The position numbers were made by a program, and so were the translations under genes. Positions 11,554-24,289 of a stretch of 64,000 nt of DNA are shown one piece after another. The stretch is from Octopus sinensis (lineage: Eukaryota): positions 97,278,001 through 97,342,000 of the forward strand of contig NC_043003.1 of assembly GCF_006345805.1 (NCBI RefSeq), given 5' to 3'. Positions within the stretch are counted from its first letter, which is position 1; every line of letters starts with the position of its first letter. The notes beneath the pieces were generated by a model. It made no database searches, was not told the origin of the DNA, and was given only the letters and a program-made list of their open reading frames with translations.

Positions 11554-11622
<69 letters not shown>

Positions 11623-11725
11623 TACATGCGAAAATGAGAGAAAGCAAAGAGTGGAGAGTTTCAGACGATGAATATTTAGGTAGACGGCTTTGAAAACCTA
11701 GGTGTTGTAAGCATCTCACTGTTAT

Positions 11726-12201
11726 GGGCGCTGACGTGGGTGTGTAGTACGAAGTTTGCTGGTTACCATATGGTTTGGGGTTTGGTTCCACTGAATGACA
11801 CCTTGTGCATATGTCTTCTGTTATAACTTTGGACCGACCGACGTATTAGTAGGAGACATATACTCAAGATGTATGCGTGAGAGTGTACGTGTGTATGTGT
11901 GTGCGGACGCGCATTTGTCTTTGCATTTGTCTCCCACAACTGCTTGACAACCAGTGTTGGCTTGCTAACGTCTCCGTAACCTAGCGGTTCGGCAAAAAGA
12001 GAATGATACAACAAGTATCTGAACCCTTCATTGCAGTGCCCCAGTATAGCTGCATTCCATTGACTGAAACAAGTAAAAGGTATAGTGACTTCAATGAAAG
12101 TAACGGTGCTAAGAAAGAAAGAGACCTTAATATTATGTAAAGGTGTGCACAGACATATAGGCAGAATAGTATGTATATATGCATGTATGTATGTATGTAT
12201 G

Positions 12202-12235
<34 letters not shown>

Positions 12236-12249
12236 TGTATGTATGTATG

Positions 12250-12310
<61 letters not shown>

Positions 12311-12609
12311 TGTATGTATGTATGTATGTATGTATGCATGTATGTATGTATGTATATATGCATGTATGTATGTATGTATGTATGTATGTATGTATGTATG
12401 TATGTATATATGCATGTATGTATGTATGTATGTATGTATGTATGTATGTATGTATGTATGTATGTATGTATGTATGTATGTATGTATATGCATGTATGTA
12501 TGTATGTATGTATGTATGTATGTATGTATGTATGTATGTATGTATGTATGTATGTATATATGCATGTATGTATGTATGTATGTATGTATGTATGTATGTA
12601 TGTATGTAG

Positions 12610-12643
<34 letters not shown>

Positions 12644-13830
12644 TGTATGTATGTATGTATGTATGCATGTATGTATGTATGTATATGCATGTATGTATGT
12701 ATGTATGTATGTATGTATGTATGTATGTATGTATGTATATATGCATGTATGTATGTATGTGTGTATGTATGTATGTATGTATGTATGTATGTATGTATAT
12801 ATGCATGTATGTATGTATGTATGTATGTATGTATGTATGTATATATGCATGTATGTATGTATGTATGTATATATGCATGTATGTATGTATGTATGTATGT
12901 ATGTATGTATGTATGTATGTATGTATGTATGTATGTATATATGCATGTATGTATGTATGTGTGTATGTATGTATGTATGTATGTATGTATGTATGTATGT
13001 GTGTATGTATGTATGTGTGTGTGTGTGTGTGTATAAACACACACACACGCAAACACACACATATGCACGCACATATATTCTTTTCCTGATTTTAATAATC
13101 AGGTTGTGGCTATGCTCAGGTGCTGCCTTCAAGTGTTAAGTAATCTTGTCGCCCTCCCGCTGGTATGATTTCAGTCTGGTACATACGTTAGTTCATGACT
13201 ATCGAACCATAAAATATAGAAAATGAACGAGACATAGTTAGCAACATCGGTTTTAAACTGTAGAAAGCATAAATAGACACAGACACATATTCGTACATAC
13301 ATGCATGCATATTTTTAAAGTATGAATTTATCTTGTATGGTGTTATTTCTTAAGTCTTGATATCCAATTTTCACTGGTTATGTCTCTCGAGTCGTTTCTG
13401 TAGTAATTATGCAAATTAACCTGGTCCTTTAATGTTCTCTTCTCATTTTTGTACATGTTTAGGCGGTAGGTGGTTGTGGTGGTGGTAAATTGATAGTTAG
13501 TTAACTCTTATATTTTGGACGTATTTTTTTCGTGGAGACTTTGAGTACTTCTGAATTTTATGTTTTCGATTAACATAAAAATATTGTTTTCAAAAAATTG
13601 AAGAAGCTTGTTTAACAGGTGGAGTCTTAAAGCGACATGTAAAATTATAGATGTTCTCAGTTTTTTTTTCTTTATTTCAAAGAAAATGCTTTTCACCTTA
13701 ATGTAATAATAATGTAATATCTGACTTTTAAGAAAAGGTAAGTACTGAGATCGATTTGTTCGACTAAACCCTTCATTGCAGTGCCCCAGTATAGCTGCAT
13801 TCCATTGACTGAAACAAGTAAAAGGTATAC
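11726..13830 (+). mobile_element. Diverged SINE A split in two (11726-12022 and 13718-13830) by a templated insertion
   Basis: Removing 12023-13724 restores acaagtatctga-cttttaagaaaaggtaagtactgagatcgatttgttcgactaaacc, which follows the SINE consensus. Confidence 0.75.
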
Positions 13831-15384
13831 TGACTTCAATGAAAGTAACGGTGCTAATAAAGTAACACTTTAGATATTTGGTACAACTATTTAGCATTTC
13901 AATACGTACAGTTAGGAAATACTTAGCTAAATATCTACATGCATGATACTGTGTCTCATTAGAAAAAAATTTTCGTATACTTAAATCCATAAAATACGAA
14001 AAGAAATTGATGAATCTAATTCAATTAATCGTACTTATTGACACAAATGAGATTTGAATATATGATTGCGATCGAGCAATGACAGACGAGGAACTACAAA
14101 AGATATTCTACAACGAAAGCATCGTTGAATGGCTACTGGCACTAACAAATGTGTATAAAAATACTTTTTTTTACGTCAAGCGCTCTATAGACTAGAAATA
14201 GTTAAAGTGGAAGCACTCCGTCTGTTACGACGACGAGGGTTCCGGTTGATCCGAATCAACGGAACAGCCTGCTCGTGAAATTAACGTGTAAGTGGCTGAG
14301 CACTCCACAGACACGTGTACCCGTAACGTAGTTCTCGGGGATATTCAGCGTGACACAGAGAGTGACAAGGCCGGCCCTTTGAAATACAGGTACAACAGAA
14401 ACAGGAAGTAAGAGTGAGAGAAAGTTGTGGTGAAAGAGTACAGCAGGGATCACCACCATCTCCTGCCGGAGCCTCGTGGAGCTTTTAGGTGTTTTCGCTC
14501 AATAAACACTCACAACGCCCGGTCTGGGAATCGAAACCGCGATCCTATGACCGCGAGTCCGCTGCCCTAACCACTGGGCCATTGCGCCTCCACAATAGTT
14601 AAAGTAAAAACATGCTGAAACACATCTCTCTATCAATTAAAAACGTTGCTAGATTTTCCATGAAAACTAGCTTCAAATATCTCCAGCAGTAAACATATGA
14701 CATTATTATTACATTAAGGTGAAAAGCATTTTTCTTTGAAATAAAGAAAAAAAAACTGAGAACATCTATAATTTTACATGTCGCTTTAAGACTCCACCTG
14801 TTAAACAAGCTTCTTCAATTTTTTGAAAACAATATTTTTATGTTAATCGAAAACATAAAATTCAGAAGTACTCAAAGTCTCCACGAAAAAAATACGTCCA
14901 AAATATAAGAGTTAACTAACTATCAATTTACCACCACCACAACCACCTACCGCCTAAACATGTACAAAAATGAGTAGAGAACATTAAAGGACCAGGTTAA
15001 TTTGCATAATTACTACAGAAACGACTCGAGAGACATAACCAGTGAAAATTGGATATCAAGACTTAAGAAATAACACCATACAAGATAAATTCATACTTTA
15101 AAAATATGCATGCATGTATGTACGAATATGTGTCTGTGTCTATTTATGCTTTCTACAGTTTAAAACCGATGTTGCTAACTATGTCTCGTTTCATTTTCTA
15201 TATTTTATGGTTCGATAGTCATGAACTAACGTATGTACCAGACTGAAATCATACCAGCGGGAGGGCGACAAGATTACTTAACACTTGAAGGCAGCACCTG
15301 AGCATAGCCACAACCTGATTATTAAAATCAGGAAAAGAATATATGTGCGTGCATATGTGTGTGTTTGCGTGTGTGTGTGTTTAT

Positions 15385-15415
<31 letters not shown>

Positions 15416-15748
15416 TACATACACACATACATACATACATACATACATAAATACATACATAAATACATACATACATACATACATACATACATACATACAT
15501 ACATACATACCATACATACATACATACATACAACATACATACATACATACATACATACATACAATACATACATACATACAATACATACATACATCATACA
15601 TACATACATACATATATACATACATACATACATGCATATATACATACATACATATACATACATACATACATACATACATACACACATACATACATACATA
15701 CATACACATACATACATACATACATACATACATACATACATACATACA

Positions 15749-15782
<34 letters not shown>

Positions 15783-15873
15783 CATACATACATACATACA
15801 TGCATATATACATACTATTCTGCCTATATGTCTGTGCACACCTTTACATAATATTAAGGTCTCTTTCTTTCTT
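12111..15873. repeat. Long inverted repeat: arm 1 12111-13715, arm 2 14700-15873, ~1-kb spacer
   Basis: Unique parts differ by only about 3 positions that I could find; the internal ATGT array is about 860 bp in arm 1 and about 430 bp in arm 2. Confidence 0.95.
14209..14593 (-). mobile_element. tRNA-derived SINE family C, full length, young
   Basis: Head gtggaggcgcaatggcccagtgg...ggtttcgattcc (A and B boxes). 12-bp TSD aatagttaaagt at 14197-14208 and 14594-14605. Confidence 0.92.
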
Positions 15874-15904
15874 TTGTTATCTTACCGTTTTACCAATATA
15901 TATA

Positions 15905-16290
15905 CTCTTTACTCTTTTACTTGTTTCAGTCATTTGACTGTGGCCATGCTGGAGCACCGCCTTTTGTCGAGAAAATCGACTCCAGGACTTATTCTTTGTA
16001 AGCCTAGTACTTATTCTATCGGTCTATTTTGCCGAACCGCTAAGTTACGGATACGTAAAAACACCAGCATTGGGTGTCAAGCGATGCTGGGGACACACAC
16101 ACACACATATATATATATATACACATATATACGACGGGCTTCTTTCAGTTTCCGTCTACCAAATCCACTCACAAGGATTTGGTCGGCCCGAAGCTATAGT
16201 AGAAGACACTTGCCCAAGGTGCCACGCAGTGGGACTGAACCCGGAACCATGTGGTTGGTAAGCAAGCTACTTACCACACAAATCCACTCC
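15905..16290 (-). mobile_element. SINE A
   Basis: Family consensus match. Confidence 0.9.
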
Positions 16291-16442
16291 TTATATATGT
16301 ATATAAGCAAAAATACTAGTTCTAACATTTATCGGATGCAGCTCTGCATCGTTAACCAGCTAGTGGATGTGTCCTCTAGGGATTAAAAAATCGCAGTAGA
16401 GTCCGTTCGGACGGACAGTCATTTTGAAGTGGCTACGTATAT

Positions 16443-17045
<603 letters not shown>

Positions 17046-17806
17046 TGCATCTCGATCCGAAGCAAGGGTTTCTATGTCCTCTGGATCCATTTCATGTGAC
17101 TTCATACTAGTCTTTATACCGTCCTCAAACCTTCTTTTATGCTTACGCCGATAGTGTTTTCCCTCAGCAAAATCACCATAAAACAGCTGTTTTGGCATTC
17201 GTTCATCCGCCATTCGAACAATATGACCACACTATCTCATTTGGTTTCTCAAAATCATCGCTTTAATTGAGGTGATGCCTGCTGATGCTAGAACATCTGT
17301 GTTTGGAGTAAAAGAACTCCATTTAATGTTTAAAATACGATATGAAAGTATGGAATGGAGTAAAAGCGTTTGAAGAGTTTAGGATAACGCATGCAAAACT
17401 CAAAAGAGATTTAAGGAAGAATGTTACGATCGAGAAGGTGAATCACAATGACCTTCTTGTGTGCACAGTTTGTGACAGACCATGCCTTTCTTTTGCTGGG
17501 TTCAAATATCATTTGCGAACCTATGGAAAATGAACTTCCACCAACTATTCTGCCTATGTCTGTGCACACTTTTGAATGCAGTGTATGCCAAAAGGTCTGC
17601 AAATCTAAGGGAGGTCTCAAAATACATTTTAAGATCCACAAACATCAGAACTTATCTGCAGCTCTTGGTGGTCCAAATCCGATATACAATCTATGTGAGT
17701 GTCTTTTCAGAACATTATCTAGTTTAAAAAGCCACATCAGATGCCATAATAGTTCTAAGATATAGGTAGAGAAGGTGGTCAAATTCTGTATGAGTGGACA
17801 ACCATT
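17046..17806. mobile_element. 5'-truncated RTE(BovB-like) LINE with an inverted 5' segment (17046-17340 minus; 17341-17806 plus)
   Basis: Minus strand: RILNIKW...GHIVRMADERMPKQLFYG...LASDRDA. Plus strand continues MKVWNGVKAFEE...CTVC..HLRTY, followed by two more C2H2-like motifs. Confidence 0.85.
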
Positions 17807-17809
17807 ATA

Positions 17810-18088
17810 CATATATAAATGTGTGTGTGTGCGTATACATACATATATATATATATATGTGTATGTATGTATATATGTATATAAACATATATACATATAT
17901 ATGCATACATATATGTATATATACATATATATGTATATGTATATATACATATGTATATATATGTATATATATACATATATATATATGTATATATACATAT
18001 ATATGTATATATACATACAGATATATATATGTATATATACATATACATCTATATATATGTGTGTATATATACATTTATATATATATGT
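17810..18088. repeat. TA/ATGT-rich microsatellite
   Basis: Visible directly. Confidence 0.95.
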
Positions 18089-18310
18089 AGTTAATCCAAA
18101 CAAAGAAAGCACAAAAAAACACAACAACGCGAGGACGTGGAACAAATATAGTATTATTGGACGCTCAGGAAAGAAGGAAAGAAGGAGGGATTAACATTTC
18201 GAGCGAAGCTCTTCGTCGGAAACATAGGAGAAGGAAAGATCCAGGGAAGGGAAGACAGAGGAAAAAAAATCGCCAACGGTACACACGAGGTCACATTTTG
18301 AAAGACCTGA
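18089..18310 (-). mobile_element. Short Penelope-like terminus (family E2) with a degenerate minimal hammerhead at 18189-18223
   Basis: Homologous to 32945-33100. Minus strand GUUU-CCGACGA-A-GAGCuucGCUC-GAAAUGUU. Abuts (TA)n. Confidence 0.6.
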
Positions 18311-19319
18311 AGGAAATGGGTGAAGAAAGGTGTTTTCTAAGACAGGAGAGTAGTGCTGTCAAAGACAGGAGAATGGTAGAGGAGAAGGAATGTGTGTGTA
18401 AGTGTGGATATGTGCGTGCGCGGAGGTCTGCGTGTGCGTGTGTGTGTATGTGTGCAATGATGACACGTGTGTGTGTGTGTGGTTGTGGCTGTGGCTGTTA
18501 AACAAAGCGTGTTTGTAGGGCTATTAGTGTGAAGGTCGAAGAAGAAGGAGTGGTGCCTTTTGTCTCTACCACAGGTCAGTACTGCTACTTTGAAGTATGT
18601 GATATATATATATATATATTCAATTCAGAAATACTAAATCAAATTTCAAAAAATATAATATACATATATATAAATTAGAAAAAAAACACCTTTTATAAAT
18701 TCAAAGTGTCTGCTCATGCCATGATCCCTCATGAGAATCCTAGTGCACGTGCCGTAAATGTGATCTTGAAGCTCCTTTACAGTCTATATTTCGCCTCCGG
18801 TGTCAGGACCTAAGTTTGGAAAACCCTAGATATTGGAAAGAATGGAATTATCTTTTAACTGACATTTTGCCCGAGTTTGTTCTTTCCTGGAACAGCGTCC
18901 ACTGAAAGGGTTGCTGTGTAAACTACTAAACCTCTTTAACCTAATATAGAGTCCTAGATTCAGCAGAAATCAGTTAAAAGCTTCAATCAAATGGTAACTG
19001 CTGTCATGCAGAGTTAACCTGGAAGTCTAAATGTTATGAGACACCAGCTAAACAAGTAAAGAACTGTTTTCTTGGGAAAAGGATGACGTACATCAAAGGC
19101 TAAGGAACCAGTTTTAGCAGAAAATGTTACTGAAGGAGCTGTGCCTTCAGTAGACAAGATTGGTTCACAACACAGCAATTCTAGTGTTAGAGTTCTTGAG
19201 TCGATGTCCTCACTTCAGTCAACATTGGTTCCCAATAAGAATAATTGGTGTTTTCTAGATCCTCACGAACAGTTCAACCCTGACACAGGCAAATCTGGTG
19301 CTATTATATTCTTCTAGCA

Positions 19320-19740
19320 TATTACTGTCAGCAGGTTCAAAACTGGACATTAACCACAATTTCCAAGAAGGAAAAACTTGTATATGACGTGCTTATATAC
19401 AGCATTGACATCCAGCTGTCTACAGGATCGTTAAAATATAACAGAGGAGTCACTTATGCAGGAGACACTTATAAAAAAATTATCAGCATAGAGGAACGCG
19501 AGAAATGTAGGCTCCCTCCTTTCTTCCAACCCGCTTTGATACCTGCATCAGTATTGTGAAATGTAGTGAACGTGTCATAGAAACTTTGCAATTACTGCTC
19601 TCTGCCGCTACAAACCACACAGCGAACTTCCAGTAGCAGAATCTGAGCAATTCTATTGGGAATTATCTACCATAATCAGCGCAAACCTGACTTTATCTTA
19701 ATTGGTGAAGATTTTGACATTCGACAAGGTTCTAAACTCC
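19320..19740 (+). mobile_element. Highly decayed LINE APE-endonuclease remnant
   Basis: Frameshifted motifs IDI/CLQD, IVKCSERVI, PHSELPVAESEQFYWEL, FILIGEDFDIRQG. Confidence 0.4.
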
Positions 19741-21379
19741 TACTTTCAATAAAAGAAATGACAAGCATTTAAAAGATTTGTTGCTTCTAATAAAAATACC
19801 TATTGAATTAATCTTGAGGATTTGTAACATTGAACACACTTCAATTATAACCACTGAACAAACAAATACCATGCCTTCTCGGGGTTAATCATGCACTTAC
19901 GAAAAAGCATCATTACAACACACTATATTACAAAGCACAAAGCAAAAATAGTCCAAACTATATTCGTCAAAAAGGCAACCAAAGCATACAGAACCAAAAT
20001 ATTGATCATGGAATCAATATAAACAATTAAATATGATGCCTGAGTAAACAAGCAAGTTTATATGAATCTTAGTTGCAAATTGTCACCGCTAATGACTAGA
20101 CTACAGCATTTATTTAGGCAAGGATAACCATCGACACAAATAGTTAATATCATTCACCAAGTAAATATCATCCAGAAGATAAAACCAACGAAATTAAACA
20201 CTGTTAACAGATTGGGAAAGGGTATAGAGAAGAGATGTGGATACCTCATGAGCTGTCTTTTGAGAATAATGTAGTTTGTTCAAGTTTAATTAACAGTTGC
20301 TAAGAACGTATTAAATATGCAAAGTCACCGATCCAATTTACTTTAGCTTCTAATATGAACATGTTTGTGGATATTTAAAGGTGATACATAGCTGTAGACG
20401 GAATCTCTAAAATGAGTCGAAATGTACAGACAGTTATTCCCCCTATTTATGTCCACATAAATATTTTTAAAGGGAATTATTTACAAACGTCACAATATGC
20501 AGTCTTGTCTAAAAAGAAAAATACTTTAGATATATTCTGTAGTACAATATCACAACGAAACGAACATTAAATTACAGGTGTGTTAACACCTGTAATTTAA
20601 TGTTCTATCATGATACCACGAAAGTAGCAAATATGCAAATTAGTCGCCAGTTTTTTTTTAACTTCTAATATTAGAGGTTTGCAACTATTTAAAGGTACCA
20701 TACAGTTGCTGACGAAGACGCTAAAAAGAATCGAAAATACACATACAGTTGTTCCTCCTTTTTTATGTTCGTACTCAGATTGTACAAGCTAAGTGTTTAT
20801 ATAGTCATAACAATATTGGCTAAAAGAAAATAGGTTCTATAGAACTTTATAGCAACGAAATGAAACTCTGTTAACACATCAGCAATTTAAAACCAAGAAG
20901 CTCTGGATTCAGCAAGGAATATATAGCAAATACTCAAATAAAGAATATTATCCAGGAAATGTTATACTTCAAATACGATAATAAATACAATGCGAAGTGA
21001 ATAAGAAATTCTATTGATACAAATAAATCTTATGCCAAGTATAATGCAAACCTTCACTAAGGTCAGTGAAGAATATTCCAAATGCCGTATATGTCTCATT
21101 GTTTACTTCTTGAGTTCAGATCAGTTTCTACCTGCTGCTTTTCATTCATCTGTTACATTGATTGCTTTGGGGATACTAATATTTACTTATTTATTTATTC
21201 ACCTTTTCATTGTGTACATCTATTTAGGTTATTTCATTATACCCAGATTCATCTGAAACTACCGCCTCGTTTTATCTTCTCTAACCTACAAGTTATGTAT
21301 TTTCAAAACAATGGCAATTGAAGTCGATCCGCGTCAAGCATCGGGGATTTATCCCGGAGGCTTCATAAGCATCAGTTCA

Positions 21380-21990
21380 CTATGCAAGATCATCTCAAGC
21401 AGATTGGGAAAGGGTATAGAGAAGAGATGTGGATACCTCGTGAGCTGTCATTTGAGAATAACGTAGTTTGTTCAAGAATTTTCTCATCAAGAATGAACAG
21501 CCACCTTTCCTTAATCGAATTGTAACAGCGGATAAGAAATAGAAAGTTTATGCTAACAATAATCGTAGGAAGCAGTGGCTATCGCTTAATGAAAATTCAG
21601 TTACTACTTCAAAACCAGATCTACACAAGGAAAATTTTGCCGTGCGATTGTAGAATACAATAGGTATTGTTCACTTCGAACTGTCGGAGCCAAAAGGCAT
21701 CACCGCCGAACATTACTGTCAACAACTTGAACGTGTCAACCATTTCTCGTCAAAAGAAAAGGTATCCTCATACACAATAATACAAGGACACATCAAGTGA
21801 AAATAACCCAGGAAAAGATAAATTCATTAGGCTGAGAAGATCTAACTCAACTTCTCTACTCATCAGACCTAGAACCATCAAATTTTCACTTTTCCGGGTC
21901 ACTTGAATACTTTATCAGTGAAAAAAACGTTCAGAAGCAGGGACAATGTCGAAACGGTACACCAAACAGTTTTCTCTCCTGAAAAGCCCG
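21380..21990 (+). mobile_element. Mariner transposase remnant
   Basis: HLKQIGK, WIPRELS, FLNRIVTAD, HNNTRTH and YSSDLEPSNFHF motifs with stops and frameshifts. Confidence 0.75.
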
Positions 21991-22409
21991 AAGAATCAAA
22001 ATGCTAACACTGGCGATGATATTTTGAACGAATAAATATATTTAAAATATGCTTTATGCTAATTTGAACAAATTGCATGAAATGCAACTCCGTCACTTTG
22101 CAGCTTGACCAAAAAGGGAACTGATAAATAAATACCAAACATAAAAAATGTACAGGGTCAATCTCAACGACCAAACCCTTCAAGGTGATGCCGACGCATG
22201 GATGCAAAGCAATAACTAAAGCAAAAGAATATTATTGTTCTTTTTTTTTTTCTTCTTGTTTCGGTCATTAGACTCCAGCAACGCTGAGGCACCGCCATGA
22301 AGAACTTTAGTTTTCTGGATTTTCAATCTTGTCTCAGTAATTCCTCTTTACTCTAATTTAAAATTTATAATACCTGCACCACACCGCAATAATGCAATCG
22401 CCCACGTAT

Positions 22410-22608
22410 TGGCAGAATCGGTAGTGTGCCGGACAAAATGCATAGCGGCATTTCATCTGTCTTTATGTTCTGAGTTCAAGTTCCGCTGGGGTCGACTTTG
22501 CCCTTTATCCTTTCGGGGTCGATAAAATGAGTACCAGTTGAACACTGGGGTCGATGTAATCGACTAACCCCTTCCTTAAAATTTCAGGACTTGAGCCTAT
22601 AGTAGAAA
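22410..22608 (+). mobile_element. SINE family B variant, followed by a (GGA)n(GTA)n array to 22684
   Basis: gtcgactttgccc..atcctttcggggtcgataaaatgagtacc central domain. Confidence 0.8.
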
Positions 22609-22633
22609 GGAGGAGGAGGAGGAGGAGGAGGAG

Positions 22634-22683
<50 letters not shown>

Positions 22684-23240
22684 TGTTGGTGCAGAATAGT
22701 TCGGATGCTTTTTTGCGATAGTTCTCAATGTTTGTCAAATGTAACGGGAAAAATTAATTTCTATATCAGATGTTATTTCAAGCGGGGACAATTAAAGAAC
22801 ATGGATTATCTAATCCATATAAGAGTTAGACAACAAGGTGGTGTTTGTTTTTTAGGTATATTTTCTATTTTACGGCAAAAACTGCTCCTTCTTTTTCAGG
22901 AACCGCCCACAATAGAAATGACAATGAACAAAGCAAGTAGCTATCAAACAAAAAAGAAAATTACAAACAAAATAATAATGAACACACAAGCAAATGACGG
23001 AAAACGAAAAGTACAATGACACTTCTACAAAAGAAAAGCAACTGGAAGATACTTAGATATGCTAAGTTTCTAAAGTTCTGTTTAAAATAGTTAACAGTGA
23101 TACATGAGGTGCTAGCAGAGAAGTTTAAACAGATACTGATGCAGCCAATGGCAGTACCTGACTTGCTCAGTAAAGAGAAAACTATATTTTGTTTTCCAAG
23201 ACTAAAAGAAACAACAAATCCTAGCAACTAAATACCTATA

Positions 23241-24073
23241 CGAAGGGATATCCAAAAGAAACCGGAATTTCTTAATCTTATTTTATTCACTTAGTTTAAC
23301 ATGTTTATACTTTTATCGCCTTCAAAGTATTCTCCATTTGAAGCAATGCATCGGTCCAGACGCGTTTTCCACTGCTCGAAGCAATGCTTTAACTCATGCG
23401 AAGTGATGCCTGTTTCCGTCTTTTTTTTTTCGTCATCTCTTTCACATCTGCAAATTCCGTAGCACTAGAGATGACCTTCGGAAAAAAGTCCGGATCAACT
23501 TCCAACTGTTCTTTCACTTCACGGCACGCATTCAGTCATGTCTGCTTTTGATCTTCCGTGAGCAAGCGAGGCACAAATTTTGCTACGACTCTTTTCATTC
23601 CCAATTCCTCGCTCAAAATTCGTTCCAGGACACACTAGTCATATCAACAAGTTCGTCAATTGTTCGGTGACGGTCCTCCAAGATCAGTTCATGAGTTTTC
23701 ATTCGTTCGGGAGGTCAAGTGACAAGTGACCATTCCTAAAGCGTGAAAACTACTCGTAAATTTATATTTTGCTCATAGCAGTGGTGTGTGTAAGCTGTTT
23801 GAAACATGACAACAGTTTCAGCCACTGTTTTCCCCAGTAGAAAACAGAATTTCACGGAAGCACATTATTACTTCATTTTAGCCATTGCAAAAATCGATGA
23901 GAAGCACTGCAAACAAAAAATACGCAGCACGTGGCAGTACGATCCCACTGTACAACGTCGGTCGGCAGACTGATGCCTGAGTGTCGCATCAAGTGGCTTC
24001 TAGTAGCGGAAGCCCGAACTACAACGGGCTTGTCTCACAGAGAACGTTTACGGTTACTTTTGGGTACCCTTCG
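23241..24073 (-). mobile_element. Internally deleted mariner with TIRs and TA TSD
   Basis: TA|cgaagggatatccaaaagaacc ... ggttacttttgggtacccttcg|TA. Minus strand encodes VAKFVPRLLT and CFEQWKTRLDRCIASNGEYFEGD. Confidence 0.88.
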
Positions 24074-24289
24074 TAATCTTCATTACTAGAACCTAAAGAC
24101 TCCTAAACTGCAATAATATAGTTGGGTGTAAATAAACACCAGTAAAAATGTAAGTTGTTTTTAGAAGAGAAGAAGTGGGTGCCGCGAAAACTCATATTAC
24201 TGTCGAGCTTAATTACTGATCAATAATGCCATAACTAAAACTGCAGAAAGAGAAAGTGGTGTCTATACATGGCATGTATTGACTACCAG

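Noticed and set aside
11763-13139. Long ORFs of 250-430 aa (HTYI/MYVC repeats), likewise at 15.3-15.9, 16.4-17.1, 17.8-18.1 and 29.4-30.0 kb
   Set aside because: Translations of tetranucleotide and dinucleotide microsatellites.
14520-14593. tRNA genes at SINE heads
   Set aside because: A and B boxes are present, but they continue into SINE bodies with TSDs and no complete cloverleaf was found.
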